From positions 154,256,001 to 154,320,000 of the forward strand of contig OX597815.1 in assembly GCA_951406725.2 (NCBI GenBank): 64,000 nucleotides of DNA, in the 5' to 3' direction. The position numbers and the translations under genes are program-made. The notes under the pieces were generated by a model that searched no databases, was not told where the DNA came from, and saw only the letters and a program-made list of their open reading frames with translations. Positions 43,800-56,569 of the stretch are shown here, piece after piece. Numbering within the stretch: position 1 is the stretch's first letter; every line of letters begins with the position of its first letter. Origin of the DNA: Octopus vulgaris (Eukaryota).

Positions 43800-44400
43800 T
43801 TCCAGCTATATTATCATCAATAGAGTTTTCCCTTTCTTCATCGTCTCTGCTGTCGTCAAAGTCGTCTTTTCAATTGTCAATAATCTTCGTACTTGTGAAG
43901 TAGGTGACTGCAGGAAAAACTGTCGCATTCTAAAGAGAATCGTAACATATAAACTCGGAGAAATTATGAGAATCTTTTCAAACTAGCAGTGCTTCCGTTT
44001 TCCGACTAATTAGGTTCGCCTGTTCCCCAAACGGGTAATAAATTAGAAAGCAAGCTTCATTTTCTATTACATTTTATCACCAATATTAAGTAGTACCAGA
44101 GTACAGTATATTGCATTCGGTACATATTGTCAATTAGGTGTTGTAGCTAAATATACGTTAATTTCTATCTACATTTTATCATTATACAAAAACGAAGTAA
44201 TGTCGTTTCCTAAAGCAATTTGTTAAGTCAAATCGATAGCATTAAACTGAACAGTTATATCTAAATAAAAGTGGGCAATACATTGAAAGTGTGGATATGT
44301 GTAAGTTCTTTTAATGTGCAGTAGTGTATTTTTGAAAAAGAGTACTTTATTGCTTGTGAATGTACATGATCTTTTAGGTAACGGGGACGTTTATATACAA

Positions 44401-44462
<62 letters not shown>

Positions 44463-44463
<1 letters not shown>

Positions 44464-44923
44464 GTTACAACGAAACATGTATTATCTTAATAGTTTATGA
44501 AGGGATATAATTACTTTAAGAAGACTATGCTTCATATCAGTTGCGATATATTTTGATACGTGGAACTAAAACAGTAGTCACGCTATTCATTTGTATTCTT
44601 TTCTACTCAATATATATATATATATATAAATATATATATGTGTGTGTGTGTGTGCGTGCGTGCGTGCATGTGTGTATCTATCCATCTATCTATCCATCTA
44701 TCTATATCCATCTATCTATCTATATATATGTATATAATTCTGTATACGCATATAATTATTTTATATTTAGTTCCAACACCACAGATATTCACGAAAACTC
44801 ATCTTTCTGCCTTTATGGAGTGAATGTTTGTTCATAGGAATACGATAGATTGTAAACTTTAAAGACTAAAAGTATTTCTATCATTTCATGAACTATTAAG
44901 ATAATTCATGTTTCGTTGTAACT
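44463..44923. repeat. ~39-bp inverted repeat pair
   Basis: agttacaacgaaacatgtattatcttaatagtttatgaa (44463-44501) versus reverse complement of 44885-44923, 2 mismatches. Confidence 0.8.
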
Positions 44924-47900
44924 AAAAGTCTTCTTTAATATTCTGTGTTTAGAATTATATTTCTCTTCCCTCTTCAAACCATTTCGATTTAATACATTCG
45001 TACATGCCCGCATAAATACATGCATGCATACCTACTATACATATGTGTACATTATATATACCTATTCACTCAACGAAGGTAGTGGAATATTTACCGCAGA
45101 ATTCTATTCATTGGATATACTGTTAATACCTTTTCGAATGTTAATACCACAAGTACAAATGTAGCAATCCTCTCAAATAAAAGATCATGTTCTGATCATA
45201 TTCATGGAAGAAGCATTTGACTTAAAATTGTAAAAATATCGGTCGGAACGTTGAATTTACCTTGCAATATTCAACTACAAACGACATGGCTGGAAATAGT
45301 GACATCATCTCTACGGAAGAAAACTCAAGACAAGTCACTGAAAAGGCAAACAAAATATTTTTACTTGCTGCTATAGAAAGGATCGTATTTATAAAAAAAC
45401 TTTCTTGAAATTATTGACTCATTAACGACGTGCTTAATTGCTAAAAAATTACAAAAAGAGATACCTCTGACGACTATACAAAAAAGAACACAATCATACT
45501 GGAATGACTTTCTCCCAGGACAAAATTATTTTACGACAAAATAAACATCGTCAACAAGAGATATTATTTCATCTCAAAGCAATAATCGATTTTGGTAATT
45601 ATTTTTCTAAAAATTAGTGAATTTTATTTTATTTGCAAAAACGTAACAATTGAAAAATTGCGAATATAACAACAGAAGTGCTTCAGCAGTATGGCGTCAA
45701 CAACTAACATGGCCCCTGCTACTCCTGTATTACCTATTAATCAGATTGGGTGCTCTAAGGCTGTTAATCACCATATTCTGAAACTGATTGTCCCTATTAA
45801 GCTGTCAGCAGCACCGATAAAATGTTTTCTAGGAGCTGGCTGTACGGTAGCATAAATACTTGATGTGTGTCCTTAAAGAATTTGTTTTTTAAACAAACTA
45901 TCCTTTGAAAATTACGAGTTGATTAAATCTGTGCTTAACGAAAACGGAAGATATAGTGGGGTAAAGAACTCATTTTCGCAATTAATGCTTTTTTTTATAT
46001 GACATCTCAACAACTGTAAATCAGCACCTTGGAAATACGAAAGAGAATTAAAGACAGGCAAACCATACATGCATGCAACAATAGCAATATTAGTGAGACA
46101 GGGCTGCCGCCATTACTGGATCACGCGGAAGCCGCCTACAGTAAACAAAAGAGATTGGAGTATAAGCAAAACGCATCGTCCAGAAAAATTGATGCAAATC
46201 CACGAAATGAAAGGACAACTTTATATGAATCGGTGCGTAATGAATTAGTGTAATACGTAATTTTAACAAGTTAGCAAAGAACACGTAGTACAAACTGTAG
46301 TCGCTCCCTGTTCTACTTTTGTACATTCAAAGTTATGCATTGTATTTACTTCAGCAAAAGATGACAGTAAGAGATCGATCGGAATGATATTACACACCTA
46401 AAATGCGTTGCCTTTCTTAAAAAAATTATTCAAGAGATTTGGCGAGAAATATCGAATACCTCAGTATTATCATTAGAAATAAAACGAATGTTGAATTTAC
46501 GAACAACATGTCGAATAAGTTCACACACTAATTAAAAATAGTCTGCCATTCAACAAAATAATAAAGAGAAGTCGCTGGAAATTTTCATGAGATTCTGCAG
46601 ATGACATGACCACAATTCAGCATCGTCTAAAAACACATGATCAATAAAACTCTTCTTAAGGATTCAAAGTAGATTCACTGAAGTCTACTATCTGTATGAC
46701 AAGATTACAAGAAGGCGTTAACTCTCTTCTTTTCTTATAGCTAAGTCAGTCTTGTCTAGGTTCCAACAATTGTTGTTGATGTCATTAAGAGACTAACAAC
46801 AGTGTGATTTGCAGGGGTATCGGCAAGAAATAAAGCCAACACTGTAATCACTAGCAGAATTAGGCTATCAACAAGAATATTTCAGTATTACAGCTAACTT
46901 TTAATGCTGTTATGCATTGGCAGTGAACACCGTGTCATTCACTTTAAGGAAATGTAGAAGCTACGCGATAAAATCTGCGGTTGAATGACAAATAAATGAG
47001 CTGGAAAAGAAGATTGTAGTGTCATTCAGTCGAGAGGCTTTATTTCTGCAAGCGGTCCAGCATATCATTGGACGCAGAGACAGAAGCGTCTCAAGAGTGG
47101 TAGCAATAATCCATAGCTGGCCTCGCTTAAGCTCCTGAGATTTTCAGCAAATATTGAAGGTTGAAGGAGCTCTCTGCCGGCGCTACAGCTTTTCCTTCCG
47201 TCCGTCGGGTGCGCTTTGTATTTGGTGGCGAGTTCCTGTTTCTCTTCCCCTCGCTTCATCCCCTTTCGCAGTATTTGTCTCCAGCGTGAGAAATCAGTCA
47301 CTGTATATGTGACTGCCACTCCCCTGTGGGCATCTACAGCTACCACAGACTTTGCACCGCCATCAACAACTGACACAATGTCTTCGGAGGCGGGGGTGCT
47401 GAACATAGCATTGTTGGATATAATTTCTTTATTTGTGAGATTAAAGCTACCATTGATTTCATGTTAAGAAAAGTTGGAACATATCCTGGAGTGTTAACAA
47501 TTTTTCAAGCTGATCACAAGGAAAGGTGTTGCCTCCATTTTTGGTTCGCGGAGATTCTCGTGAATTCTCGTGAATAAAACGATGACTCAGGGGACGTTGC
47601 ACTTGGATGGAATGTTTGATCCCCTTGAATTTGTCTTTTGAGGAAACTGTTGTGTGATCAATTTGTTTGCATTATTTTGTTTTTGTTCAGGATGTAGTGT
47701 TCTTATACTTGTGTCCTGGGGTAGTTCGTCATTGGTAAGTATTTCTTCTGGGTGTGGAGTTTGTGTCCTATGTATGTTCAGATTTTATGTTCAGGAAAGG
47801 GGCTATCCTAATAATGTCGCAGTGACTCACGTCTCGCGTTTCTTTGTACACGCATACAGGAATATATTGATATATTTTTTGGTTGTGAAGTGTTTCACTA

Positions 47901-48389
47901 CTGTTTCGCTTTATAGCCAGTTCCATATCAATATTCCCTATGGGATACTAATATGAAACTATCTATATAGAGGATGTGCCAGAAAATATCCTTAACGATA
48001 GTGAGGCCCAGCATTTCGGGCGATAATGTGAGCTCTTACTGAGTATTGATCGTGATTAGGACGTATGTGAAGCGATGGCATTTTGTTAGTAGTACTGCTT
48101 GAGAATTTTTATGTGAACAGAGATAGATTGGCATGGACCCATTAAAGGATTCCCGCATGATCTACGTTAATAGTGAAGGTTTGGTGTATAAAATCTTAAT
48201 TACATTTGAATGACGCACAACTGGGGTAGGGGAGTTTAAACGAACGAGACAATGTGGTGACTCCTCCACGAAATAGAGGTTGGGTGCTACGGCATTTAAA
48301 AAGGCGCTTCGTGAGGATAACAAGGAGGACATATGAAAAATATCGGGGTAGGAAATTGAACTGAAGTAAATGTTAGCAGGTGTTGCCAA

Positions 48390-49165
48390 TCTTTCAGGAC
48401 TCTAGCTGCTGAGCTGCTTGTTATTTTATTAATAGCTGCTATGATATTCAGGTCACCATATAATATATGGGATAGGATGTGCTGGGTGTTTGCTTCACCG
48501 ATGCTGTTGGGATTAACCATGTTGGGGTTACTGAAAGCAGAGCAGTATTGCTTCAGCAGAATCACAAATATGTCTTCTGTACCATTATGCAGAGATCCAA
48601 TGCATGAGGCAGCGACCTTATACTTTTGCCGAATACGAAGGACATGTTGAGATTGACTTTTATCTTCGCAATGCTCCACTTTTTTTCTGTAGTTATTTGA
48701 TTTTCTGTGATACTCTTCCTGCACAGTTGAAGATGATTCTTTCTTGATTCCAGTAAAGCTATATTTGTCAAGTGCGAGAGTTGTATGTGGCAATATTTTA
48801 GATAGGTTGATTTTTTCAATTAATCTTTTCTATTTTTCTTATACATGCTCTTCTCTTGCGTGGGGGCCTGAGCTTTCTTTTGCTCCTCGACGGTAGTGGA
48901 GTATGATATGGGTATATATTTATGAATATGTCCACAAATAGCTGCCAGGATATATTGATGCTGCTTGGGGCGAGAGAGTGAGTGAAAGACCATAGAACGA
49001 GGGACAGACCAATCATGGATTGAAATACGGTAGGTGATTCTCCTCCAGTTAGCGTTGTGCAGAGGCATTATGCCAAAACGGTGTGTTGGAGCCAAATCGT
49101 TCTGCGTCATTTTGGTTGCCAGAATTAAATTATAGAGAACCATATCGTGGCCGGAAAGAATACAC
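48390..49165 (-). pseudogene. Decayed LINE ORF2 fragment (EN-RT linker) related to the 58-61 kb LINE
   Basis: LSGHDMV~ISDHNII; HNANWRRI..I..HDW~HKANWKSI..I..QDW; WSIAKIKVN~WVIENIKSN; AINKITSSSAA~AIDEIDTNSAA. Confidence 0.8.
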
Positions 49166-49226
49166 ACATATATCTATATATACGTATACATATGTAGACA
49201 TTCATATATGTCATTACACACACACA

Positions 49227-49277
<51 letters not shown>

Positions 49278-49319
49278 TTGACTGAAACATATACACACAC
49301 ATACATCATATTAACCTTG

Positions 49320-50890
49320 TATATGCTTCAGTCAAATGACTGCAACCATGCTAGGGCATCGCCTTGAAGGGTTTTTGGGCGAACAGATTGACCTCAGGAT
49401 ATTTTTCTGTTTAGTAGTTATTCTCACGGTCTTTATCGATGTACCTTTGAGTTATGCGGAAGTTAACACATCAACACACCAACATTTGTCAAGCGGTGAT
49501 AGGGAAGACAAGCACGATGATGGGGTACGGCGGACAAATTCACTCATAAGACTTTGGCCGGCCCGAGGATATCGTAACCTACACTGAACCACAAAAGAAA
49601 CGCCATTTTTTCAAATGTCATTTTTATATGGTAAATTCCGAAAATTTATTTCGGAGATGTAAGTGTAAATATTCCGATACATGTTGGTTTATCGCTGAGA
49701 CCTAAATTTCAGGTAAAATTTCAACGTTCTCTGAAAGGAAACGCCAAAACACAGCTGCGTTGAATGCTGTGTAACAAACTATTGTCATGAAAACCGAAAT
49801 GCACGGGAATCTCATGGAGGTTATGGGTATAAAAATCAACTTGAACCGCGTTCCGCACAGGACAGCGACCCATCAGTGTCGATACGGTACGACGTCGACT
49901 GGCCGCCAACGACCTGTGTTGCTGTCATCCTTCTCGAGAGCCTGTCCTCACCGCCTGCCACTGTCAGGCACGACTGCAGCGGGCTACACAGCACGACATC
50001 AGCGGCATCAACAATGGAGGTCGATAGTTGTCTCTGACGATAGCCGGTACTGCGTTTCCACCTGGGATGGCAGAGTGAGAGGGTGGCGTAGGATGGGTGA
50101 ATGCTACAGAGACGCATGTGTCATGGAGAGAGACACGTGGGGTGGCCAAAATATCATGGTTTGGGGTACTATAAGCCTAAATCGGAGAACTAGGTTCCAT
50201 GTGTTTTAAAATGTTAGTGCAAGCAGAGGGAATGGTATCACAGCACAGCGTTACGTCGACAAGAACCCAAGATCTCACATCGTGCTCTTTTGCGAGAGTC
50301 ACTATAGCCACGTACTTCAGTAGGACAATGTTCCTTCCCCAGACAGCCAGGTTCACCATGGACTTCCTGCATCAGCACAACGTCAGAACTGTGCCGTGGC
50401 CGGCTCTCAGCCCGGTATTCAACCCAATTGAACACCTGTTTGGATGAAATCCAGAGACGGCTGAACCAGGTGGTTCCAAGACCGAAAACTCATGTGAAAC
50501 CGGTGGCAGTTTTTCTCAGGATGTGGGCACAGGCGCCAATGGCTTCTGCAAACCGCCTTATGCACTCCAAGTAACGACAGTGTATGCCCGTTTTGAACAA
50601 CCAGGGAAGGCATACACGGTATTGAACATGTCACGCTCTATAATCTCGATGTGTTGGATCCGCTCACTACCAGAACACGTGGAAACGACTGTGATGAAAG
50701 TGCATCAAAGAAATTGACTTTATCAGAATTATCAAGATGTATCCGTGACATAATGAAATTAAAACATATTTCCCAGTCACACTCGTCCAACGTTTCTTTT
50801 GCAGTTCAGTGTACTCTAGACTAAGCTGCCACGCAATAGGACTGAAGCCAGAAACATGTGGTTAGGAAGAAAGTTTTCTACTATGCACCC
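49320..50890 (-). mobile_element. SINE family A split by a Tc1 insertion
   Basis: Tail at ~49325-49370 and body to 49580; head resumes at 50814-50890. Confidence 0.75.
49582..50811 (+). mobile_element. Tc1-family DNA transposon, degenerate
   Basis: 21-bp TIRs cactgaaccacaaaagaaacg / cgtttcttttgcagttcagtg, TA on both sides; transposase remnants WRSIVVSDDSR, GGQNIMVWGTIS, WPALSPVFNPIEHL. Confidence 0.93.
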
Positions 50891-51897
50891 ACGTACATTA
50901 TATGTGCATTCGTCTTATGTATTGTACTAAGAGTAAGCAAGCCAAGTAAATACTAATACTCTCTGTGATATTGAATAACGTCTACTGAAAGATGAACCAC
51001 TACAAACAGCTAAACTTTTCTGGAATACAGTCATCTGCCCAGGCATTTATAGGTTTCAGTAAGATTAGTAATATTTTATTTAGAGATACTAAACAAGCTA
51101 CTGTGGAGTAGTTTCAAACAGAATTTTAAAATGTCTAGGCTATGTCAAGTGGCCTGTACAACATCTTTATTTGTTTCTTTGGTAGCGTTTCGATGTCCTT
51201 TAACAACCTATCAAATTTCAATGAGAATTTAGCAGTATCTCGAGTGAAAATATAATTTCAATATATAACATATGCATATCATTATGTACATATGCATATA
51301 TTCTTAAGTCCACTATTTCGTCAATCGCAGGAGCTTCCAAGCTTCACCACTAATTCAGTTCTCAAGTAAATTACAAACTGTTAATAGTTTTAAAGAGGAC
51401 ACCTCCTCAGCTACAATAGCTTGAGATTTGGCTCAGTAGAAAAAAAAGTTACATCAAAATATCTGGACCTAAAGGGGAGGGGGCAGTAAGTCAGCTATTC
51501 ATCTGCAATTAACATAATTTAAAAAATTTTAAATTATAAGTACACTTTTCGTAGGCTTAAATGATAGAAACATGAGGAATTCGAAATCGCTAGTCGCATT
51601 GAATAAAAATTAGTAGAATAAGTGTTATGAGATAAAATGTTAGGAACTTCATATCAGTAAGGAAGTAAGGGAACAACCCTTCAGCAATAAGAATAAAGAA
51701 TATATTTCTAAAATGAATGTTTTCGTTCTAACGTGGTGAGTTGGCTGAAACGTTAACGCGCAGGGCGAAATGCTTAACGATAATTCGTTTTTCTCTACAT
51801 TTTTCAAGCTCAAATTTCGCCGAGTTCGACTTTGACGTCCTGATTATTTAATTTTATTTTTTTCACTAAACACTTTTAAACTTCCGATACTGGTAAA

Positions 51898-52878
51898 CAT
51901 AAGGCGGTTTGCAGAAGCCATTGGCGCCTGTGCCCACATCCTGAGAAAAACTGCCACCGGTTTCACATGAGTTTTCGGTCTTGGAACCACCTGGTTCAGC
52001 CGTCTCTGGATTTCATCCAAACAGGTGTTCAATTGGGTTGAAAACCGGGCTGAGAGCCGGCCACGGCACAGTTCTGACGTTGTGCTGATGCAGGAAGTCC
52101 ATGGTGAACCTGGCTGTCTGGGGAAGGAACATTGTCCTACTGAAGTACGTGGCTATAGTGACTCTCGCAAAAGAGCACGATGTGAGATCTTGGGATCTTG
52201 TCGACGTAACGCTGTGCTGTGATACCATTCCCTCTGCTTGCACTAACATTTTAAAACACATGGAACCTAGTTCTCCGATTTAGGCTTATAGTACCCCAAA
52301 CCATGATATTTTGGCCACCCCACGTGTCTCTCTCCATGACACATGCGTCTCTGTAGCATTCACCCATCCTACGCCACCCTCTCACTCTGCCATCCCAGGT
52401 GGAAACGCAGTACCGGCTATCGTCAGAGACAACTATCGACCTCCATTGTTGATGCCGCTGATGTCGTGCTGTGTAGCCCGCTGCAGTCGTGCCTGACAGT
52501 GGCAGGCGGTGAGGACAGGCTCTCGAGAAGGATGACAGCAACACAGGTCGTTGGCGGCCAGTCGACGTCGTACCGTATCGACACTGATGGGTCGCTGTCC
52601 TGTGCGGAACGCGGTTCAAGTTGATTTTTATACCCATAACCTCCATGAGATTCCCGTGCATTTCGGTTTTCATGACAATAGTTTGTTACACAGCATTCAA
52701 CGCAGCTGTGTTTTGGCGTTTCCTTTCAGAGAACGTTGAAATTTTACCTGAAATTTAGGTCTCAGCGATAAACCAACATGTATCGGAATATTTACACTTA
52801 CATCTCCGAAATAAATTTTCGGAATTTACCATATAAAAATGACATTTGAAAAAATGGCGTTTCTTTTGTGGTTCAGTG
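51898..52878 (-). mobile_element. Duplicated, 3'-truncated copy of the Tc1 element
   Basis: Part of the right arm; carries the left TIR ending at 52878 followed by TA. Confidence 0.9.
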
Positions 52879-53170
52879 TAGGTTACGATATCCTCGGGCC
52901 GGCCAAAGTCTTATGAGTGAATTTGTCCGCCGTACCCCATCATCGTGCTTGTCTTCCCTATCACCGCTTGACAAATGTTGGTGTGTTGATGTGTTAACTT
53001 CCGCATAACTCAAAGGTACATCGATAAAGACCGTGAGAATAACTGCTAAACAGAAAAATATCCTGAGGTCAATCTGTTCGCCCAAAAACCCTTCAAGGCG
53101 ATGCCCTAGCATGGTTGCAGTCATTTGACTGAAGCATATACAAGGTTAATATGATGTATGTGTGTGTATA

Positions 53171-53240
<70 letters not shown>

Positions 53241-54222
53241 TGTGTGTGTGTAATGACATATATGAATGTCTACATATGTATACGTATATATAGATATATG
53301 TGTGTATTCTTTCCGGCCACGATATGGTTCTCTATAATTTAATTCTGGCAACCAAAATGACGCAGAACGATTTGGCTCCAACACACCGTTTTGGCATAAT
53401 GCCTCTGCACAACGCTAACTGGAGGAGAATCACCTACCGTATTTCAATCCATGATTGGTCTGTCCCTCGTTCTATGGTCTTTCACTCACTCTCTCGCCCC
53501 AAGCAGCATCAATATATCCTGGCAGCTATTTGTGGACATATTCATAAATATATACCCATATCATACTCCACTACCGTCGAATTTTGTATTTTAGAAGCGG
53601 TATTTTATCCGCACCTACGTTCTGAGTTCAAATTCCGCTGAGGTCGATATTGCCTTTCATCCATTTCGGATCTATACAACTAGATGCACAGATTATTTGA
53701 TTAATTTTTTTAACTAAACAGTTTCAAATTTCCGATACTGGTAGAATATGTCACATAGAACAGGGTTTACTTTTAACGTTTTTGACAAAATTTTGTATTT
53801 TAGAAGTTATTTCGTCAGAAGGTAGAGAGACAATGAGCAAATTCATGTTGGATAAGTGCCAATACACAAAACTCTCAGCCTTCGACTTATTCTCTAACTT
53901 CTGCCGCTATTTTCCACGAAGAGTGTCAAACGTTATGTATCTAGTTCTGGAAATTATATTATGTTTGTATACGACAGACTATGCTGATGAGCTTGCAGAT
54001 TTTCACGTATACATATGCGTGAATATTAACAAGCGAAACTGATCAGTACATAGGTAATCGTATTTATTTCGTATATTTTCATTTGTCTTGCTTATTTTTT
54101 ACACTTTGGTTTTGTGCTGAGTCCTTTACATTTTGTATGTAAAAAATATTTTAATCTTCGGATTTTTTTAATATGTTAGGCCACTGGTTTTAATTTATTA
54201 ACATCAATTTCTACCCTTATTC

Positions 54223-54278
<56 letters not shown>

Positions 54279-54876
54279 TACAAATATGTGTAAAAAAATC
54301 TCATCACGCAATCAAACCAATGAAAGGGCCTCTACCTGGTAGCTCGATGCGCTAAAAATAGCTACCTAAATCACACGCTCATTGTATGTAATGTCCTAGA
54401 TTTTCCCTAAGAGGAAAAAAATTAGAATTTTTGTTTGGAACCAAGTACCCAGACCTCCTAATATGCTGAAAATCCGTTATTTTGGTTCGGGAAAAATGAA
54501 GTGGTGGTTTCCCCCTCCCAATTCCCGAATCATTGGAATTTTTTCTCGTTGAATGAATTTCTGTGACCTCCTAATATTGCAAAATTAGGTTACGTAAGAT
54601 GGTTTTGGGGTCTTGTTGTTTGTAACTTTTGGTGAGCCCTGGTGCAACCAACAACATGGTAAAAACCCCTGCCATTCATTTGGTATGGATGGGTAATATC
54701 AAATAAATCAATCACATTTAAATTAAACACGAAAAAAATTGAAATATTATCATCACCTACATGAAAAAATTGAAAAATTATCTTTCAGTATTTTATAAGG
54801 TGAAATCTTAAATTATTAATTGATACATTATTAATTATCTTATAACAGCAATGCCTGGAAAAATCACAGATTATAT

Positions 54877-55374
54877 GGAAAAATGCTAGCATGAAAAGTC
54901 ATATTTTTTAAGATTATAAACATGGAAAAGTACAGGACAAGTTATTACACCTGTAAAAGTATAGGACAAGCTATTGCTTCTAGTAAAGAATAAGAATTGT
55001 TTTTTAAATATTGCAGTTAAATTGAAATTTGAATATTACAACTTATTTTATTATAGTTTACAAATAACACTATATTTATTTAAGTAGAATTTGGCTAATT
55101 TACAACCTTAAATATAGAAAAAAATGACTAAATAGACAAACTTACAAATTAGCTGAACAGTTTTGTACAATAAATTTAAAAGCTGAGAAGTGTAAAGAGT
55201 AATAAATTAGAAGAAGTGGCATTCTTTGCTGCAATATTTTAAGTAAAAAATGATTATTCTTTACTTTACTAGAAGTAATAGCTTGTCCAATACTTTTACA
55301 GGTGTAATGACTTGTCCTGTACTTTTCCAGGTATATAATCTTAATCACATGACTTTTCATGCTCGCCTTTTTCC
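54877..55374. mobile_element. Foldback/MITE-like element with ~130-bp inverted arms
   Basis: agcatgaaaagtcat...ggaaaagtacaggacaagt...ttacacctgtaaaagtat...aatattgcag (54888-55016) pairs with 55229-55363; weaker pairing further in. Confidence 0.75.
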
Positions 55375-55391
55375 TTGTAATAAATGCATGC

Positions 55392-55455
<64 letters not shown>

Positions 55456-55539
55456 ATCTATCTATCTATCTATCAATATATATATATATACATATGTATA
55501 TGTGTGCGTGTGCGCGCTCACGTGTATGTTGATAGATGG

Positions 55540-55570
<31 letters not shown>

Positions 55571-56569
55571 CACGAATATATATGTAAGGAAATAAAAATA
55601 AAAATACCAGTTAACACTCCACAATTCAAGAAGAGTTGTGATGGTTTGTTATTGGCAAATATAAGTAGACTCTAAATATTTCTAAAAATTAATAAGTACT
55701 GTCAGTAGAAGAGTTGATTTTCAATTTTTCTTTTCACTTTTTCATATATTTGAATGTTATAAACACAGTAGTTAGGCTTCTAGAGAAACCCGTTGTCTGC
55801 TATAGCGATTTAATGTCATTATATTGAGAATCTCGTAATGACTGTAAATCAATATTCAGCAGTGTATCTATATTAGTAACAGCCAATGCCTACGAATATA
55901 TGCGCATGCGATAGGAAGCAATATATGTTTCGGCGTAAGCATTTGAAAACTTCTTCAGTGAAATAACGGTAGGATTTCAAATTTACTCATGCTTTGGGTA
56001 AGTTTGTAAAATGAATTCATATATTTGTAATATTAAAGATAGAGACGCTACTGTTGACTTAAGTAAATGAAGACTTGATTCCTGCTGCTTCTAAACACGA
56101 TCCGAAATATTTTTGGTAAGTGAATAAGAAAAAAGAAAAAACATTTCTTGTTTCCAAAATTATATACAAGAAAAAACAGCTGGACAACTATAGTTATTCA
56201 TAAGGTTTAATTTAATTATATAATCGCTGATCTGTATTCAGTACGGTTAAAATAACAGACTTCTTTACTTTTCTATTACAATTCTATTTTAGCCTGTCAC
56301 GCGTTTCTGTTTTTTTACTGTCTGTCTGTATGTATGTTAGTCTTTCTCTCTGTCCTCTTTCTCTCCTCCTTTCTCTTTTCTCTCTACTGCTGATGCGTGC
56401 GCACTGTTTCAGTAAAATCTATATATTTATATATTTCATATATTTATATATTTCACATATATATATATATATATATATACACACGCGCAAACATACCTAC
56501 ACATATGTATATATGATATAAATATTATATAAGTATATGCGTATATACATATATATATATAAATATATA

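Larger units (their letters stand above)
48887..53580. repeat. Recent inverted duplication: arms 48887-50562 and 51898-53580, spacer 1335 bp
   Basis: Mirror ORFs (49787-50209 / 52251-52673 identical); only about three substitutions noticed by eye plus (CA)n-region differences. Confidence 0.97.

Noticed and set aside
45100-46950. Decayed LINE RT on the plus strand (IEYLSIII)
   Set aside because: One weak motif only; too eroded to call.
47654-47956. Penelope RT C-terminus (RGYP and IPY motifs)
   Set aside because: The motifs are in the reverse of the expected order and nothing else supports it.
48887-53580. Long inverted arms as TIRs of one large DNA transposon
   Set aside because: Arm ends cut through a LINE relic and a Tc1 that continue on the left side only; no TSD; the spacer has no coding capacity.
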